Part shown: in pieces, positions 28,008 through 37,501 of the stretch
Position numbering within the stretch: the stretch's first letter is position 1
Layout of the letters: each line of letters begins with the position of its first letter
Source of the DNA: an uncultured virus (IMG/VR IMGVR_UViG_3300022927_001927)
Lineage: Duplodnaviria; Heunggongvirae; Uroviricota; Caudoviricetes
Virus record (IMG/VR): IMGVR_UViG_3300022927_001927
Length of the DNA stretch: 59,963 bases
Direction: 5' to 3' (one strand)
Notes under the pieces: model-generated
Databases searched by the model: none
Told to the model about the DNA's origin: nothing
What the model saw: the letters and a program-made list of their open reading frames with translations, nothing else
Made by a program: the position numbers and the translations under genes

Positions 28008-28640
28008 ATGAGTTTTGAAGTAGTAACCAAATTTGAAAAAAAGGTAGCCAAGTTTTTTGGTTCTCCTTATGCAATTGCAGTAGATGCATGTACCCATGGT
28101 ATTGAACTTTGTTTAAGATACCAAAACATTGGAACTATTTCAGTTCCAAAAAGAACCTACCTCTCTGTACCTTTTCTTGCAAATAAATTAAAGATAGCTC
28201 TTGAGTGGAGAGATGAAGACTGGCAAGACTATTATAAAGTTAACGATAAGTTCAAACCTATTTATGATGCGGCAGTTTTGTGGAAAAAGAATAGTTATAT
28301 CCCAGGCTCTTTTATGTGCATAAGTTTCCAGTATCAAAAGCATCTAAGTTTAGGTAGAGGTGGAATTATTTTATGTGATAATAAAGAAGATGCAATTAAT
28401 CTAAAGAAAATGTCCTATGACGGTCGCTTACCTAATATTCCATGGAGAGACCAAGATATTGATACTTATGGGTGTCATTATTATATGACACCTGAAACTG
28501 CTAAATTAGGATTAGATAAATTAGATGATGCTATAAAAACCGAACCTAAGAAATGGGTGATTACTGATTGGCCAGATTTAACAAAAATGAAAGTATTTAA
28601 TAAACCTAGCGGAGTTGATCCGTATTTACAAACAAGATAA
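28008..28640 (+). CDS. Short DegT/DnrJ/EryC1/StrS sugar aminotransferase
   Basis: V..FE...A...G..YA.AV..CT, DAA, SFQYQKHL..G.GG (PLP lysine). Confidence 0.82.
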   Translation: MSFEVVTKFEKKVAKFFGSPYAIAVDACTHGIELCLRYQNIGTISVPKRTYLSVPFLANKLKIALEWRDEDWQDYYKVNDKFKPIYDAAVLWKKNSYIPGSFMCISFQYQKHLSLGRGGIILCDNKEDAINLKKMSYDGRLPNIPWRDQDIDTYGCHYYMTPETAKLGLDKLDDAIKTEPKKWVITDWPDLTKMKVFNKPSGVDPYLQTR

Positions 28641-28645
28641 ACAAT

Positions 28646-29638
28646 ATGAAAAAAGCATTTATTACTGGAATTAACGGTCAAGATGGATCGTACTTAGCTG
28701 AATACCTTTTAGAATTAGGTTATGAAGTACATGGTATGGTTAGGAGAAATTCAACTGCAGAAAATCAATCTGCTCGTTTAAACAAAGCATATAGAGCAGG
28801 TAACCTTCATACCCATTACGGTGATCTTACAGACCAAGGAAGTATTGAAAGGCTCTTAAGTGAAATTCGACCTGATGAAATCTATAACATAGCTGCACAG
28901 TCTCATGTTAGGATTAGCTTTGATGTACCTCAATATACAGTACAGACTAATGCACTAGGTGTTCTAAATATTTTAGAAGCCTATCGTAGAACTTGCCCTA
29001 ATGCAAAATTCTATCAAGCAAGTTCTTCTGAAATGTTTGGATTAACTGTTGAAGAAGATGGTTTCCAAAGAGAGACTAGTGTTATGAATCCTGTTTCACC
29101 TTATGGGTGTTCAAAGGTATTTGGGTATAATATTGTTAGACATTATCGAAGAGCACATGGACTATATGCAGTCAATGGAATTTTATTTAACCATGAGTCT
29201 CCAAGAAGAGGAAGTAATTTTGTAACTAATAAAGTTGTTAAAGCTGCATGTTCCATAAAATTAGGTTTACAAGACAAATTAGAATTGGGTAATATGGATT
29301 CTTACCGCGATTGGGGTCATTCTAAAGATTATGTAAAAGCCATGCATGCAATAATGAATCATGAAGAAGCAGATGACTTTGTGGTATCAACAATGGAAAC
29401 CCATTCAGTTCGTGAGATGTGTGATATTGTATTTACTCACTTAGGATTGGACTATAAAGATTATGTTGTACAAAATCCTAAATTTTTAAGACCTGAAGAA
29501 TTACCTTATCTTAAGGGTGACTCTACTAAGATTAGAGAAACCTTAGGGTGGAAACCAGAATATACATTTGAATCAATGTTACATGAAATGTGTGATCATT
29601 GGATGGATGTTTTACAAGGAAAGGTATCCGAGAGATAA
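28646..29638 (+). CDS. gmd: GDP-mannose 4,6-dehydratase
   Basis: ITGINGQDGSYLAE, AAQSHV..SF, YQASSSE.FG, SPYG.SK, LFNHESPRRG..FVT.K, RDWGH. Confidence 0.97.
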   Translation: MKKAFITGINGQDGSYLAEYLLELGYEVHGMVRRNSTAENQSARLNKAYRAGNLHTHYGDLTDQGSIERLLSEIRPDEIYNIAAQSHVRISFDVPQYTVQTNALGVLNILEAYRRTCPNAKFYQASSSEMFGLTVEEDGFQRETSVMNPVSPYGCSKVFGYNIVRHYRRAHGLYAVNGILFNHESPRRGSNFVTNKVVKAACSIKLGLQDKLELGNMDSYRDWGHSKDYVKAMHAIMNHEEADDFVVSTMETHSVREMCDIVFTHLGLDYKDYVVQNPKFLRPEELPYLKGDSTKIRETLGWKPEYTFESMLHEMCDHWMDVLQGKVSER

Positions 29639-30348
29639 TGTCTAAAGTAATTGCAATTATCCCAGCCCGGTGGGGTTCAACAAGACTTCCTGGAAAACCA
29701 TTAGCAGATATTAACGGTAAGCCTATGATCCAATGGGTATGGGAAGCTGTTAAGAAATCAGATGTTGATGAAGTTCTTATAGCAACAGATGACGAAAGAA
29801 TCTTTAATGCTGTTAAAGAATTTGATGGTAATGTTTTAATGACCAGTAGTAAGCATCAGACTGGAACCGATAGAGTATTAGAGGCATATCAAATGTTTAA
29901 AGACAATTATGATTATGTTATTAATGTTCAAGGTGATGAACCTGTGATTAACCAAGATGATCTTAATGGATTAATAAACACTCTTAAGAATGATAGGTGG
30001 TGTATAGCAACGCTAGTAGGTTTTCTTACTAAAGAGCAAATGAAAGATCGTAGCACAGTTAAAGCATTCATTGAAGATGGTAATATAAAGGCATTTACAC
30101 GTAGCCCTATATACATGACCAGTAATTACATAAGACGGCATATTGGCATCTATGGATTTAGTAAACAAATAGCTGAGAAGATTGATAAGAATGTTATGAT
30201 AGAAACCACAAATGAAATTGTTGAAAGTCTTGAACAACTGAGGTGGGGTGATAATGGAATTGGGTTTAAATACACAGTAGCATCAGGAAGATACAAAGGA
30301 GTTGATACCCAAAAAGATTTAGATAGGGTAAGAGAATACTTAAACTAA
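29638..30348 (+). CDS. kdsB: 3-deoxy-manno-octulosonate cytidylyltransferase (CMP-Kdo synthetase)
   Basis: IIPAR.GSTRLPGKPL..I.GKPMI, ATDD, TGTDR, NVQGDEP, RHIGIYG, E.LEQLR, GVDT..DL. Confidence 0.92.
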   Translation: MSKVIAIIPARWGSTRLPGKPLADINGKPMIQWVWEAVKKSDVDEVLIATDDERIFNAVKEFDGNVLMTSSKHQTGTDRVLEAYQMFKDNYDYVINVQGDEPVINQDDLNGLINTLKNDRWCIATLVGFLTKEQMKDRSTVKAFIEDGNIKAFTRSPIYMTSNYIRRHIGIYGFSKQIAEKIDKNVMIETTNEIVESLEQLRWGDNGIGFKYTVASGRYKGVDTQKDLDRVREYLN

Positions 30349-30367
30349 ATAATTAAAAGCTATATAA
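30341..30367 (+). promoter_or_regulatory. Class B promoter
   Basis: TAAAC-N17-TATAA. Confidence 0.6.
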
Positions 30368-30490
30368 TAATAAATCAGTATTTATGGATAACCAAGGAAA
30401 ACGTGATTCACAACTAAAGTTTAGTTATATGGCAACATTTACTGGAATCTTAGGAATAATCATAATGTACATAATTTCACTATTCGTGTA

Positions 30491-30733
30491 ATGAAACAGG
30501 AAAAAGTAAATATTAACGTTAACCCATCAGATACCTTGCCTATTGTATGCGAGGAATGTGGTAGTGATAAATTTAGACCTATCTTCTTTTTACGTAAGAT
30601 AAGTAAATTTATGACAGGTGAATCTGAAGATAGGGTTATGCCAATAGATAGTTTGGCTTGCCTAGAATGTAACCATGTAAATAGACAATTTCAACCTTTC
30701 CCAAACGAAAATAAAAACAAAAAAGATGAGTAA
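30491..30733 (+). CDS. Zn-ribbon protein
   Basis: CEECG...CLECNH. Confidence 0.75.
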   Translation: MKQEKVNINVNPSDTLPIVCEECGSDKFRPIFFLRKISKFMTGESEDRVMPIDSLACLECNHVNRQFQPFPNENKNKKDE

Positions 30734-31265
30734 AGAAACAGAAACTAAAGTAGTTGAAATGACTGCTGAAGATGCTCCAAGGACTGCCGAGCAACTTAAT
30801 GCCAAGATTGAAGAATTGGAGGCAAAGAATGAAAAACTTGTACAGGAAATGCAAGAGAGAACCTATGAAGTTGATTTTAAATCTAAAAAGGTTTTTGATA
30901 GACTTCTTAAATTCTTAGAAAAGGATGCTCCTTGGGGTCATACAACTGCAACCGGATTAATTATGCTTTATCATAATCTTAGAGAGCAGAAAGAGTTAAC
31001 TAAAGATAAGGAGTGGGATGGAATGGTTAGTGTTCGTTCTGCTAGTGTAACAATTCTTTGGCAAATGGTTACTAAGATGACCGGTAGTGGATTCTTTGAA
31101 GCTAAGGCATTCGTTGAACTTATGGCCAATGTTGGTGAATCTCTTTCAAATGCAGTACAAGCAGTTAATGATGATAACATTGAATTGCGAGAGACACATA
31201 TGGAACTTGCAAAGGTTCATCAAGAATTGGATAAACTAAATGTTGAAGGCCCTGAAAATAACTAA
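30726..31265 (+). CDS. Hypothetical coiled-coil protein
   Basis: ORF. Confidence 0.7.
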   Translation: MSKETETKVVEMTAEDAPRTAEQLNAKIEELEAKNEKLVQEMQERTYEVDFKSKKVFDRLLKFLEKDAPWGHTTATGLIMLYHNLREQKELTKDKEWDGMVSVRSASVTILWQMVTKMTGSGFFEAKAFVELMANVGESLSNAVQAVNDDNIELRETHMELAKVHQELDKLNVEGPENN

Positions 31266-31267
31266 TA

Positions 31268-31516
31268 ATGGGTTTTCATAAAAGACATATAGGTAACGAA
31301 GTGGTGCATCGTCTGTTTAAATCAGGCGGTGCATCATCCGTTTTTGATTGGTATACAAGAGGGGTTGATGCTCTTATCACAGAAATGGGATTAGCAGCAA
31401 CTATTGCAAATGTGATCAATGACGACGAATGGCACATATTAGGAAGGTATTCTATAGAAGAAGAAATAGAAAAAATCATTCGCGAGGATTTAGGAATGGA
31501 AGAAATTCAGAAATAG
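31268..31516 (+). CDS. Hypothetical protein
   Basis: ORF. Confidence 0.65.
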   Translation: MGFHKRHIGNEVVHRLFKSGGASSVFDWYTRGVDALITEMGLAATIANVINDDEWHILGRYSIEEEIEKIIREDLGMEEIQK

Positions 31517-31555
31517 AATATCCTGATTGAATAAATAAACAAATCACAATATTAT

Positions 31556-32293
31556 ATGAAATTTGTTCAATCATTTAAGCAGTTTTTATTAGAGAAGAAA
31601 GAAGAAGACTTTGAAGACAAAATAAAAGGTCACGGCTACTTTAAAGGAATATCTACATCAACTGCCCGTAAGAAGAATGTTCAAATGAAAGATCAGGCTG
31701 ATATGGCCGATGATGATCCTAATGCATATAAAGAATTACCTGGAGATACCAAAGGTAAGAAGCTTCTGAAGAAATCAAAACACACTAAAGCATACGACGA
31801 ATTATACGGTGAAGCTATTATGCAAGAAGGTGTAATGTCTGATATTCATCGTATGATTGATGATTCTAAAACCTTTGATCAATTTCAAAAGGAATTCTTT
31901 AAAGAATACGGTCATAAGAAGTCTATGAAAAAGACCCCAGAGTTTTTGGAATGGTTAGAGGCACTATACAATGATTCAGTATCAGAATCTGTAAATGAAG
32001 AGCAGAAGCAGTCAACCGATCGCTCTCCTATTGATGATGATGCAATTGAAACCGGTTTAGAAAATAAATCAAAAGAAACTGGGGTTCCTATTGGAATTCT
32101 TAGAGCCGTTATGAGAAGAGGTATGGCCGCATGGAAAACTGGTCATAGACCTGGTGCTGGGCAACAGCAATGGGGTTATGCAAGAGTTAACTCATTTCTA
32201 ACTAAAGGTGATGGTACTTGGGGTAAAGCTGATAAAGATCTTGCAAAAGAAGTACGCGACGGTAGTCATGATAAAAAACTAAAATCAGCATAA
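31556..32293 (+). CDS. Modular protein with CTS-like leader; C-terminal DUF5824-like domain
   Basis: MKFVQSFKQFLLE; internal ESVNE; RGMAAWKTGHRPGA..QQWGYARVNSF (family recalled, not searched). Confidence 0.7.
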   Translation: MKFVQSFKQFLLEKKEEDFEDKIKGHGYFKGISTSTARKKNVQMKDQADMADDDPNAYKELPGDTKGKKLLKKSKHTKAYDELYGEAIMQEGVMSDIHRMIDDSKTFDQFQKEFFKEYGHKKSMKKTPEFLEWLEALYNDSVSESVNEEQKQSTDRSPIDDDAIETGLENKSKETGVPIGILRAVMRRGMAAWKTGHRPGAGQQQWGYARVNSFLTKGDGTWGKADKDLAKEVRDGSHDKKLKSA

Positions 32294-32838
32294 TGAAATT
32301 TGTAAAAGGCTTTAATGATTGGGATAAGGTATCAGAAGAACTTAAGTACCATGTTGAAAATGGATTAGGTTTAGAAGATACTGTTTTTCGTTTAGGATCC
32401 GATGCCCACGCTGAACTTTTTGAAGAAGTACAGCAATACTGGGATAAGGGTAACATTATCCTAAACGGCAAAGGTGGATGGATGGCAAAGAATCTTGAGG
32501 TAGGTAAAAAGGCCATCTATAAAGATCGTAAAAGTGGAAAAACGAAAAAAGTTAAATTAGATTCACCAGAAAGAGGAGGAAATCGTAAATTTATTGTATA
32601 CCGTAATACAGGTAGAACAGATAAAGAAACTGGTGAAATAGTTGCAAAAAAGATTGAGTGGGGAGATCCAGGATTAACCGTTAAGAATGATGATCCTGGT
32701 AGAGCTAAATCATTTTGGGCAAGACACGGTTGTGATAAGAAAGAAAAAATGGATCCTAATAAAGCAGGCTTCTGGGCATGTTACGGCCCTTCTCTTTTCG
32801 GAAAGCAGCTTGGCCTGAAAAGTACTCAACCTTGGTAA
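32293..32838 (+). CDS. Basic phage protein with CTS-like leader (DUF6321-like)
   Basis: KVKL..P.RGG..KF.VY..GDP....K..DP.R.KSF.ARH.C...AG.WAC. Confidence 0.65.
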   Translation: MKFVKGFNDWDKVSEELKYHVENGLGLEDTVFRLGSDAHAELFEEVQQYWDKGNIILNGKGGWMAKNLEVGKKAIYKDRKSGKTKKVKLDSPERGGNRKFIVYRNTGRTDKETGEIVAKKIEWGDPGLTVKNDDPGRAKSFWARHGCDKKEKMDPNKAGFWACYGPSLFGKQLGLKSTQPW

Positions 32839-32868
32839 ATAAATAAACAAATAAAATAATCTAAAGAT

Positions 32869-34224
32869 ATGAAATTTATTCCTAGCTATTCTTCTTATAA
32901 AGAATCACTTAATGAAGCTATTACCCAATTGGCACCAGGATCTGATCCTAAACTTGAACAAGCAGCATATCTTATTGCATCCTTTGTTTCAAAGAAAACC
33001 AAAGACAAATTCGAGGTTTACCCTTGGGGCATAAATATAGATGGAACTCCTGCGATAATGTTAATTGGCAACAAAGGTTCTATGATCTATGTGGTTGGTA
33101 AAGGAGCTGGGCGTGGTCCTGGTGTTGTAGGTGCTCTTTTATATTACTCTAGTTTTGATAATAAAAATCCTGACTTTGCTATATCTAGTGATAGCTTCCC
33201 TATTGTAGCATTACTTAATGAATTCGTTAAATTTATTAATGAGCCTAAATATGCCGATGAAGTTGAAACTTTATCTGAATCTTTAAATGAAGGTAAAGGA
33301 AAGCCTCTTACTCCACAAGAGCAGAAAATGGTAATTAAGCAATTACAATCTGGTAAGAGTGCCGCTCAAATTGCAAGAGATCTTCAAATATCATACGGAA
33401 TGATTCTTCAGCTTAAAAGAAATCCTAGCGTTTCTGCTCAATTAGATGAAGCCCCTGTTAAAGCAAACGAACAAACATTGGAGGACAAAGTTAAATTCCT
33501 AGATGAAACCTTAACTGATATTTATGATATTGCAAGAAGGTTAGCTGCAGGCGCATTTAATTCATTAATGATATCAGGTCGTGCTGGTACTGGTAAAACA
33601 TATTCTGTTACTAAGGCATTATCTGATGAAGGATTAATTGAAGATGATGATTACATTGTAGTATCAGGTGCCGTATCAACAATTATGATGTATAAGAAAA
33701 TGTTCCAATACAGAACAAAGACATTAGTATTTGATGACTGTGATGCTGTATTCCGTGATGAGAACGGTCGTAACATTTTAAAGGCTGCTCTTGATACTAA
33801 AGCAGTTAGGAGAATTTCTTATCTTAAGAAGAGTGGATTAGTATTTGATCCTAAAGATTTTGAAATGGATCCTGAAGGTGAGTTTAATGCAATTGAGAAT
33901 GGATTGGTTCCTGCATACTTTGATTTTGCTGGTCGTGTAATCTTTATCTCAAACCTTCCTAAAGATAAGGCTGATCCTGATGGGGCAATCCGTTCAAGAT
34001 CTATTCTTATTGATGTTAATCCTGACGATGCTACCCTAATGGAAAGAATTAAGGTTCTTCTTCCACATTTGGAGCCAAGAGATATGGCTATTAAGGATAA
34101 GGAAGAAATTTATGAATTTATGAAAAAAGCCAATGACGTCTCAATGAGAACATTTATTAAGGCCGCTGGATTTAAACAAGCAGGCCTTCCTAATTGGGAA
34201 AGAATGGCATCAAGATATCTGTAA
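32869..34224 (+). CDS. HTH plus AAA+ ATPase protein with CTS-like leader
   Basis: ESLNE occurs twice; HTH (GKSAAQIARDLQIS); GRAGTGKT; LVFDDCD; ILKAALD; IFISN; AIRSR. Confidence 0.82.
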   Translation: MKFIPSYSSYKESLNEAITQLAPGSDPKLEQAAYLIASFVSKKTKDKFEVYPWGINIDGTPAIMLIGNKGSMIYVVGKGAGRGPGVVGALLYYSSFDNKNPDFAISSDSFPIVALLNEFVKFINEPKYADEVETLSESLNEGKGKPLTPQEQKMVIKQLQSGKSAAQIARDLQISYGMILQLKRNPSVSAQLDEAPVKANEQTLEDKVKFLDETLTDIYDIARRLAAGAFNSLMISGRAGTGKTYSVTKALSDEGLIEDDDYIVVSGAVSTIMMYKKMFQYRTKTLVFDDCDAVFRDENGRNILKAALDTKAVRRISYLKKSGLVFDPKDFEMDPEGEFNAIENGLVPAYFDFAGRVIFISNLPKDKADPDGAIRSRSILIDVNPDDATLMERIKVLLPHLEPRDMAIKDKEEIYEFMKKANDVSMRTFIKAAGFKQAGLPNWERMASRYL

Positions 34225-34227
34225 GCT

Positions 34228-35271
34228 ATGAAATTTATTAAAACACGTAAAGATTTTTTAAATGAAGCAGTTAGAGTAGAAACTAACCGCTATGAAAGAA
34301 GTCATGGTAAAAAACCTAGAGGTTATGGTCGATGGGCGTTTTACTTTGATGATAAAGGTGGAGAGCCTATCTTTACACCAAAGGCAATGAGCTATACTGA
34401 TGCTGTTAAATGGGCAAAGGAAGAAGCTAAAAAAGCAGGTAAAGAATATGTCTATGTTGGTGAATCTGTTAATGAAGGTTACTCCGATGAGGAGAGAATG
34501 GAATTGGCAAAGAAAGGCTTAGCCTTAGATGACGGAAGCTTCCCAATTAAAGATCTTGCTGATCTTAAGAATGCTATAATGGCTTACGGTAGAGCTAAGG
34601 ACCAAGCAAAAGCTGCTAAGTTTATTGCTAAAAGAGCAAAGGCTTTAAATGCAGAGGACCTAATACCAGATACTGAGGATTTTCAAAAATCTTTAAAAGA
34701 ATCAACAATTACTGAAGCAACTAACATGAATGATCCTGTCTTAATAGCCTTTAGGGCTGCAAAGATGAAACGTGAAAAGGAATTGGCTAAACCGAAGCGT
34801 AGACCGCTTTATGGCAAAGAAAGAATAAAAGTTGAAGATGACTTATGGCAAATTAGCCAAGACCTAAAAGATCTTTATGCTGATAGGGGCCAACTGCTAA
34901 TCGACATGGAGCAAGAAGCTGAGCCTGAAGGTGGTCCAATTGCAGATGAATATGGTGGTAAATTAAACGACATTGAAGATCAAATTCAAAACCTACTTAC
35001 TAAGAGAAGCAGATTAGAAATAAGACTCGCCGAATCATTTGAACAATTCGTAAACGAGGCTAGTGGTAGAGTACCAACTACTCTCTACCCATCTGAGTTT
35101 AGAAAATATTTCTCAGATATAAACTATGACACTCTAAAGCGTCAATACGATAGAGATACTCAACCTGAAGTCGCACAAGCTGACAATGGAAAATGGTATG
35201 AAGTATCATCTCATTATAATAAATCAGGAGATAGGGTTATTAAATTAAAGTCTGTCAAGGCTCCAAAATAA
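34228..35271 (+). CDS. Multi-module protein with CTS-like leader (contains DUF6582-like module)
   Basis: MKFIKTRKDFLNEA; modules separated by ESVNE, ESTITE, ESFEQFVNE; A..DGSFPI....DLKNAI.AYGRA. Confidence 0.72.
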   Translation: MKFIKTRKDFLNEAVRVETNRYERSHGKKPRGYGRWAFYFDDKGGEPIFTPKAMSYTDAVKWAKEEAKKAGKEYVYVGESVNEGYSDEERMELAKKGLALDDGSFPIKDLADLKNAIMAYGRAKDQAKAAKFIAKRAKALNAEDLIPDTEDFQKSLKESTITEATNMNDPVLIAFRAAKMKREKELAKPKRRPLYGKERIKVEDDLWQISQDLKDLYADRGQLLIDMEQEAEPEGGPIADEYGGKLNDIEDQIQNLLTKRSRLEIRLAESFEQFVNEASGRVPTTLYPSEFRKYFSDINYDTLKRQYDRDTQPEVAQADNGKWYEVSSHYNKSGDRVIKLKSVKAPK

Positions 35272-35280
35272 TTAATAATT

Positions 35281-35592
35281 ATGAAACATATTAAACTGTT
35301 TGAACAGCACGTCAACGAAAAGAAACATAAACCAAGCGGTTCAACTTATTTACCTGATTATTACGATTCAATTGAAAAACATTTTACTGATGATAGAAGA
35401 AAGAATCTTGAAGATGCTGGAATTAAAGTAACTTCAGACCCAGATCGTAAAACTAAGATTAAGGTAGAGTGGTCAACTGAAGATCAAGCTAAGGTATTAA
35501 GAAAGGAAATACAGTATCTTCTTAATAAGGTTTTTAACGCAGGGCGAGCTAAGAATCTACTTAGAGATTATGATTATAAACTTCTTAAATAA
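35281..35592 (+). CDS. Hypothetical protein with CTS-like leader
   Basis: MKHIKLFEQHVNE. Confidence 0.72.
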   Translation: MKHIKLFEQHVNEKKHKPSGSTYLPDYYDSIEKHFTDDRRKNLEDAGIKVTSDPDRKTKIKVEWSTEDQAKVLRKEIQYLLNKVFNAGRAKNLLRDYDYKLLK

Positions 35593-35602
35593 GATAACTA
35601 AT

Positions 35603-35938
35603 ATGAAATACTTAAAACACTTTCAAAGCCACCAAATAAACGAGAGAACCTTAAAGGATGCTATTATGTCATTCTTACCTCCTGTGTTTAGAAATGAAGT
35701 TTCATTTTCAGAAGGAATGAAAGCTCTTTATGGGTTAACTCAAGATCCGTTACATGTTATGTCTGCTATGAGAAAAAGACTTAAAAAGCTTGAATCTAGT
35801 GGTGAATTATCAATCGATAAAGCTGAGCATAAAAAACTAAGAATGGAAATGGATGAACTTGAACTTCTTATGAGTGATTACTATCAAGCGCTTAAAAGTC
35901 TTGATGAAAAATGGAGTAGCCAAATCAAAGAATTATAA
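35603..35938 (+). CDS. Hypothetical protein with CTS-like leader
   Basis: MKYLKHFQSHQINE; ATG 35603 preferred over the track start. Confidence 0.7.
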   Translation: MKYLKHFQSHQINERTLKDAIMSFLPPVFRNEVSFSEGMKALYGLTQDPLHVMSAMRKRLKKLESSGELSIDKAEHKKLRMEMDELELLMSDYYQALKSLDEKWSSQIKEL

Positions 35939-35941
35939 ACT

Positions 35942-37048
35942 ATGAAATACTTTAAAACATACGAATCATACAGAAGAGGAGTTAATGGAGTAGGATCTCT
36001 AAAGAATTCATTAGCTGCTCTAAAGAGACAAAATATTACAGGTCGTTACACTGATGCAGAAACTTTGGCAAAAGGTATCCGTAATGAATATGAAGCTATC
36101 ACTGGCGAGAAATATGAGGATGAGGTTCAGATGTCAATGGATGATGCAATTGCTGATATTGTATCTCACTTTAAATTAGATGGTCCTGAATTTATGGCAG
36201 CATGGGATAGGGTAATTAAAGAATCCTATGATGGTACTTTAAGCGATATTAAGTATGATCTTGAAATGGCATTAGATAATTTAGGTATTAATTCTAAAGC
36301 TCTTAAAGGTGTTAAGAAAACTCCAAAAGGATATGAAGTTCGTATGTCTTCTTACATGAGTGATAAAAATACCTGGGATAGAATCGGTACTGATATTGGA
36401 GCCGACCTTATAGATTTTAAGAAAGGGAGTATTAATATTGGTATCTATGAAAAGGTTAATCTTAAAGTAGATCATTTATCATCTGCTGAATACCAAAAGG
36501 CTAAAAAGTTAAAAGACTTTAATAAAGATGATTGGTCATGGAACGGTGATACTCAACTTTATGACAGAGTTAATGAAGCCAAAAACAAAAAGGTAGATAA
36601 GAAGATGTGGAATAAGATGAGCGATGAAAAGAGATTTGATGCTCTCTTATCTGTTGTTAAAGATCCTGATGATGCTGAAAAATTTGTTAATAGCAAATGG
36701 GAAGACCTTCCTTCTGGTTTTGAACGTGATATGACCCTTTACGAATCTAAAAGAATTACTACAGGAGATGCTAGTAAAATTGAAAAGGATCTTAAGAAAG
36801 CTGTCCCTTCTGTTAACTGGGCTAAAGCTGCCAGATATGATGGGGAAATAACTCTCTTTGTTGAATACACAAATTATAAAGATCGTGCTTCTCTTAAAAA
36901 TGCTGGGGAATCTTTAGGACTTACTTATGTTGGCGACGGTCGTGTATCAAATAGACCAGGCCTTGATTTTAAAAGAGGTGATAAAATGGTCGGCATCGGT
37001 GGTATGTTAGGCATCGGATCTAATTGGATGAAATTCATAAAAAAATAA
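35942..37048 (+). CDS. Multi-module protein with CTS-like leader
   Basis: MKYFKTYESY; internal IKES, VNEA, LYES. Confidence 0.72.
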   Translation: MKYFKTYESYRRGVNGVGSLKNSLAALKRQNITGRYTDAETLAKGIRNEYEAITGEKYEDEVQMSMDDAIADIVSHFKLDGPEFMAAWDRVIKESYDGTLSDIKYDLEMALDNLGINSKALKGVKKTPKGYEVRMSSYMSDKNTWDRIGTDIGADLIDFKKGSINIGIYEKVNLKVDHLSSAEYQKAKKLKDFNKDDWSWNGDTQLYDRVNEAKNKKVDKKMWNKMSDEKRFDALLSVVKDPDDAEKFVNSKWEDLPSGFERDMTLYESKRITTGDASKIEKDLKKAVPSVNWAKAARYDGEITLFVEYTNYKDRASLKNAGESLGLTYVGDGRVSNRPGLDFKRGDKMVGIGGMLGIGSNWMKFIKK

Positions 37049-37053
37049 TAGAT

Positions 37054-37470
37054 ATGATTACAAAATTTAATGATTACGTAAACGAAAGTTTTGGAGAGGC
37101 TCAAGATATGTATGGGTCTTTCTTTGTTGCTATGTTAGGTGTTAGAGACCAAGCACACATTTTCCATTGGCAAACTGAATCATATGCACAGCACATGGCA
37201 TTCGGTGGATTTTATGATGCTTACCTTTTATTGGTTGATAAACTTGCTGAATCCTTAATTGGTATTCATGGTAGACCAAGCTTCATGGAAGCTGAAACTG
37301 AATTCTCTGGATACTCCGAAGAAAATGTTCGTGTTTTCTTTGAAGAAGCATATGAACTGTTCACAGGACCTGGTATGCAATTGGCAGGTGACTATGGTGA
37401 AATTAAGAATGTCATTGATGAAATTCTTGCTGAAATTGATAAACTAAAGTACCTACTTACATTAAAATAA
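37054..37470 (+). CDS. Ferritin/Dps-like protein (DUF5856-like) with CTS-like leader
   Basis: MITKFNDYVNES; HIFHWQT.SYAQH.A....YD....VD..AE; N..DEI.....K.KYLLTL. Confidence 0.8.
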   Translation: MITKFNDYVNESFGEAQDMYGSFFVAMLGVRDQAHIFHWQTESYAQHMAFGGFYDAYLLLVDKLAESLIGIHGRPSFMEAETEFSGYSEENVRVFFEEAYELFTGPGMQLAGDYGEIKNVIDEILAEIDKLKYLLTLK

Positions 37471-37501
37471 TAAATAGAGAAGACCTTTTAAAGAAATAGA
37501 A

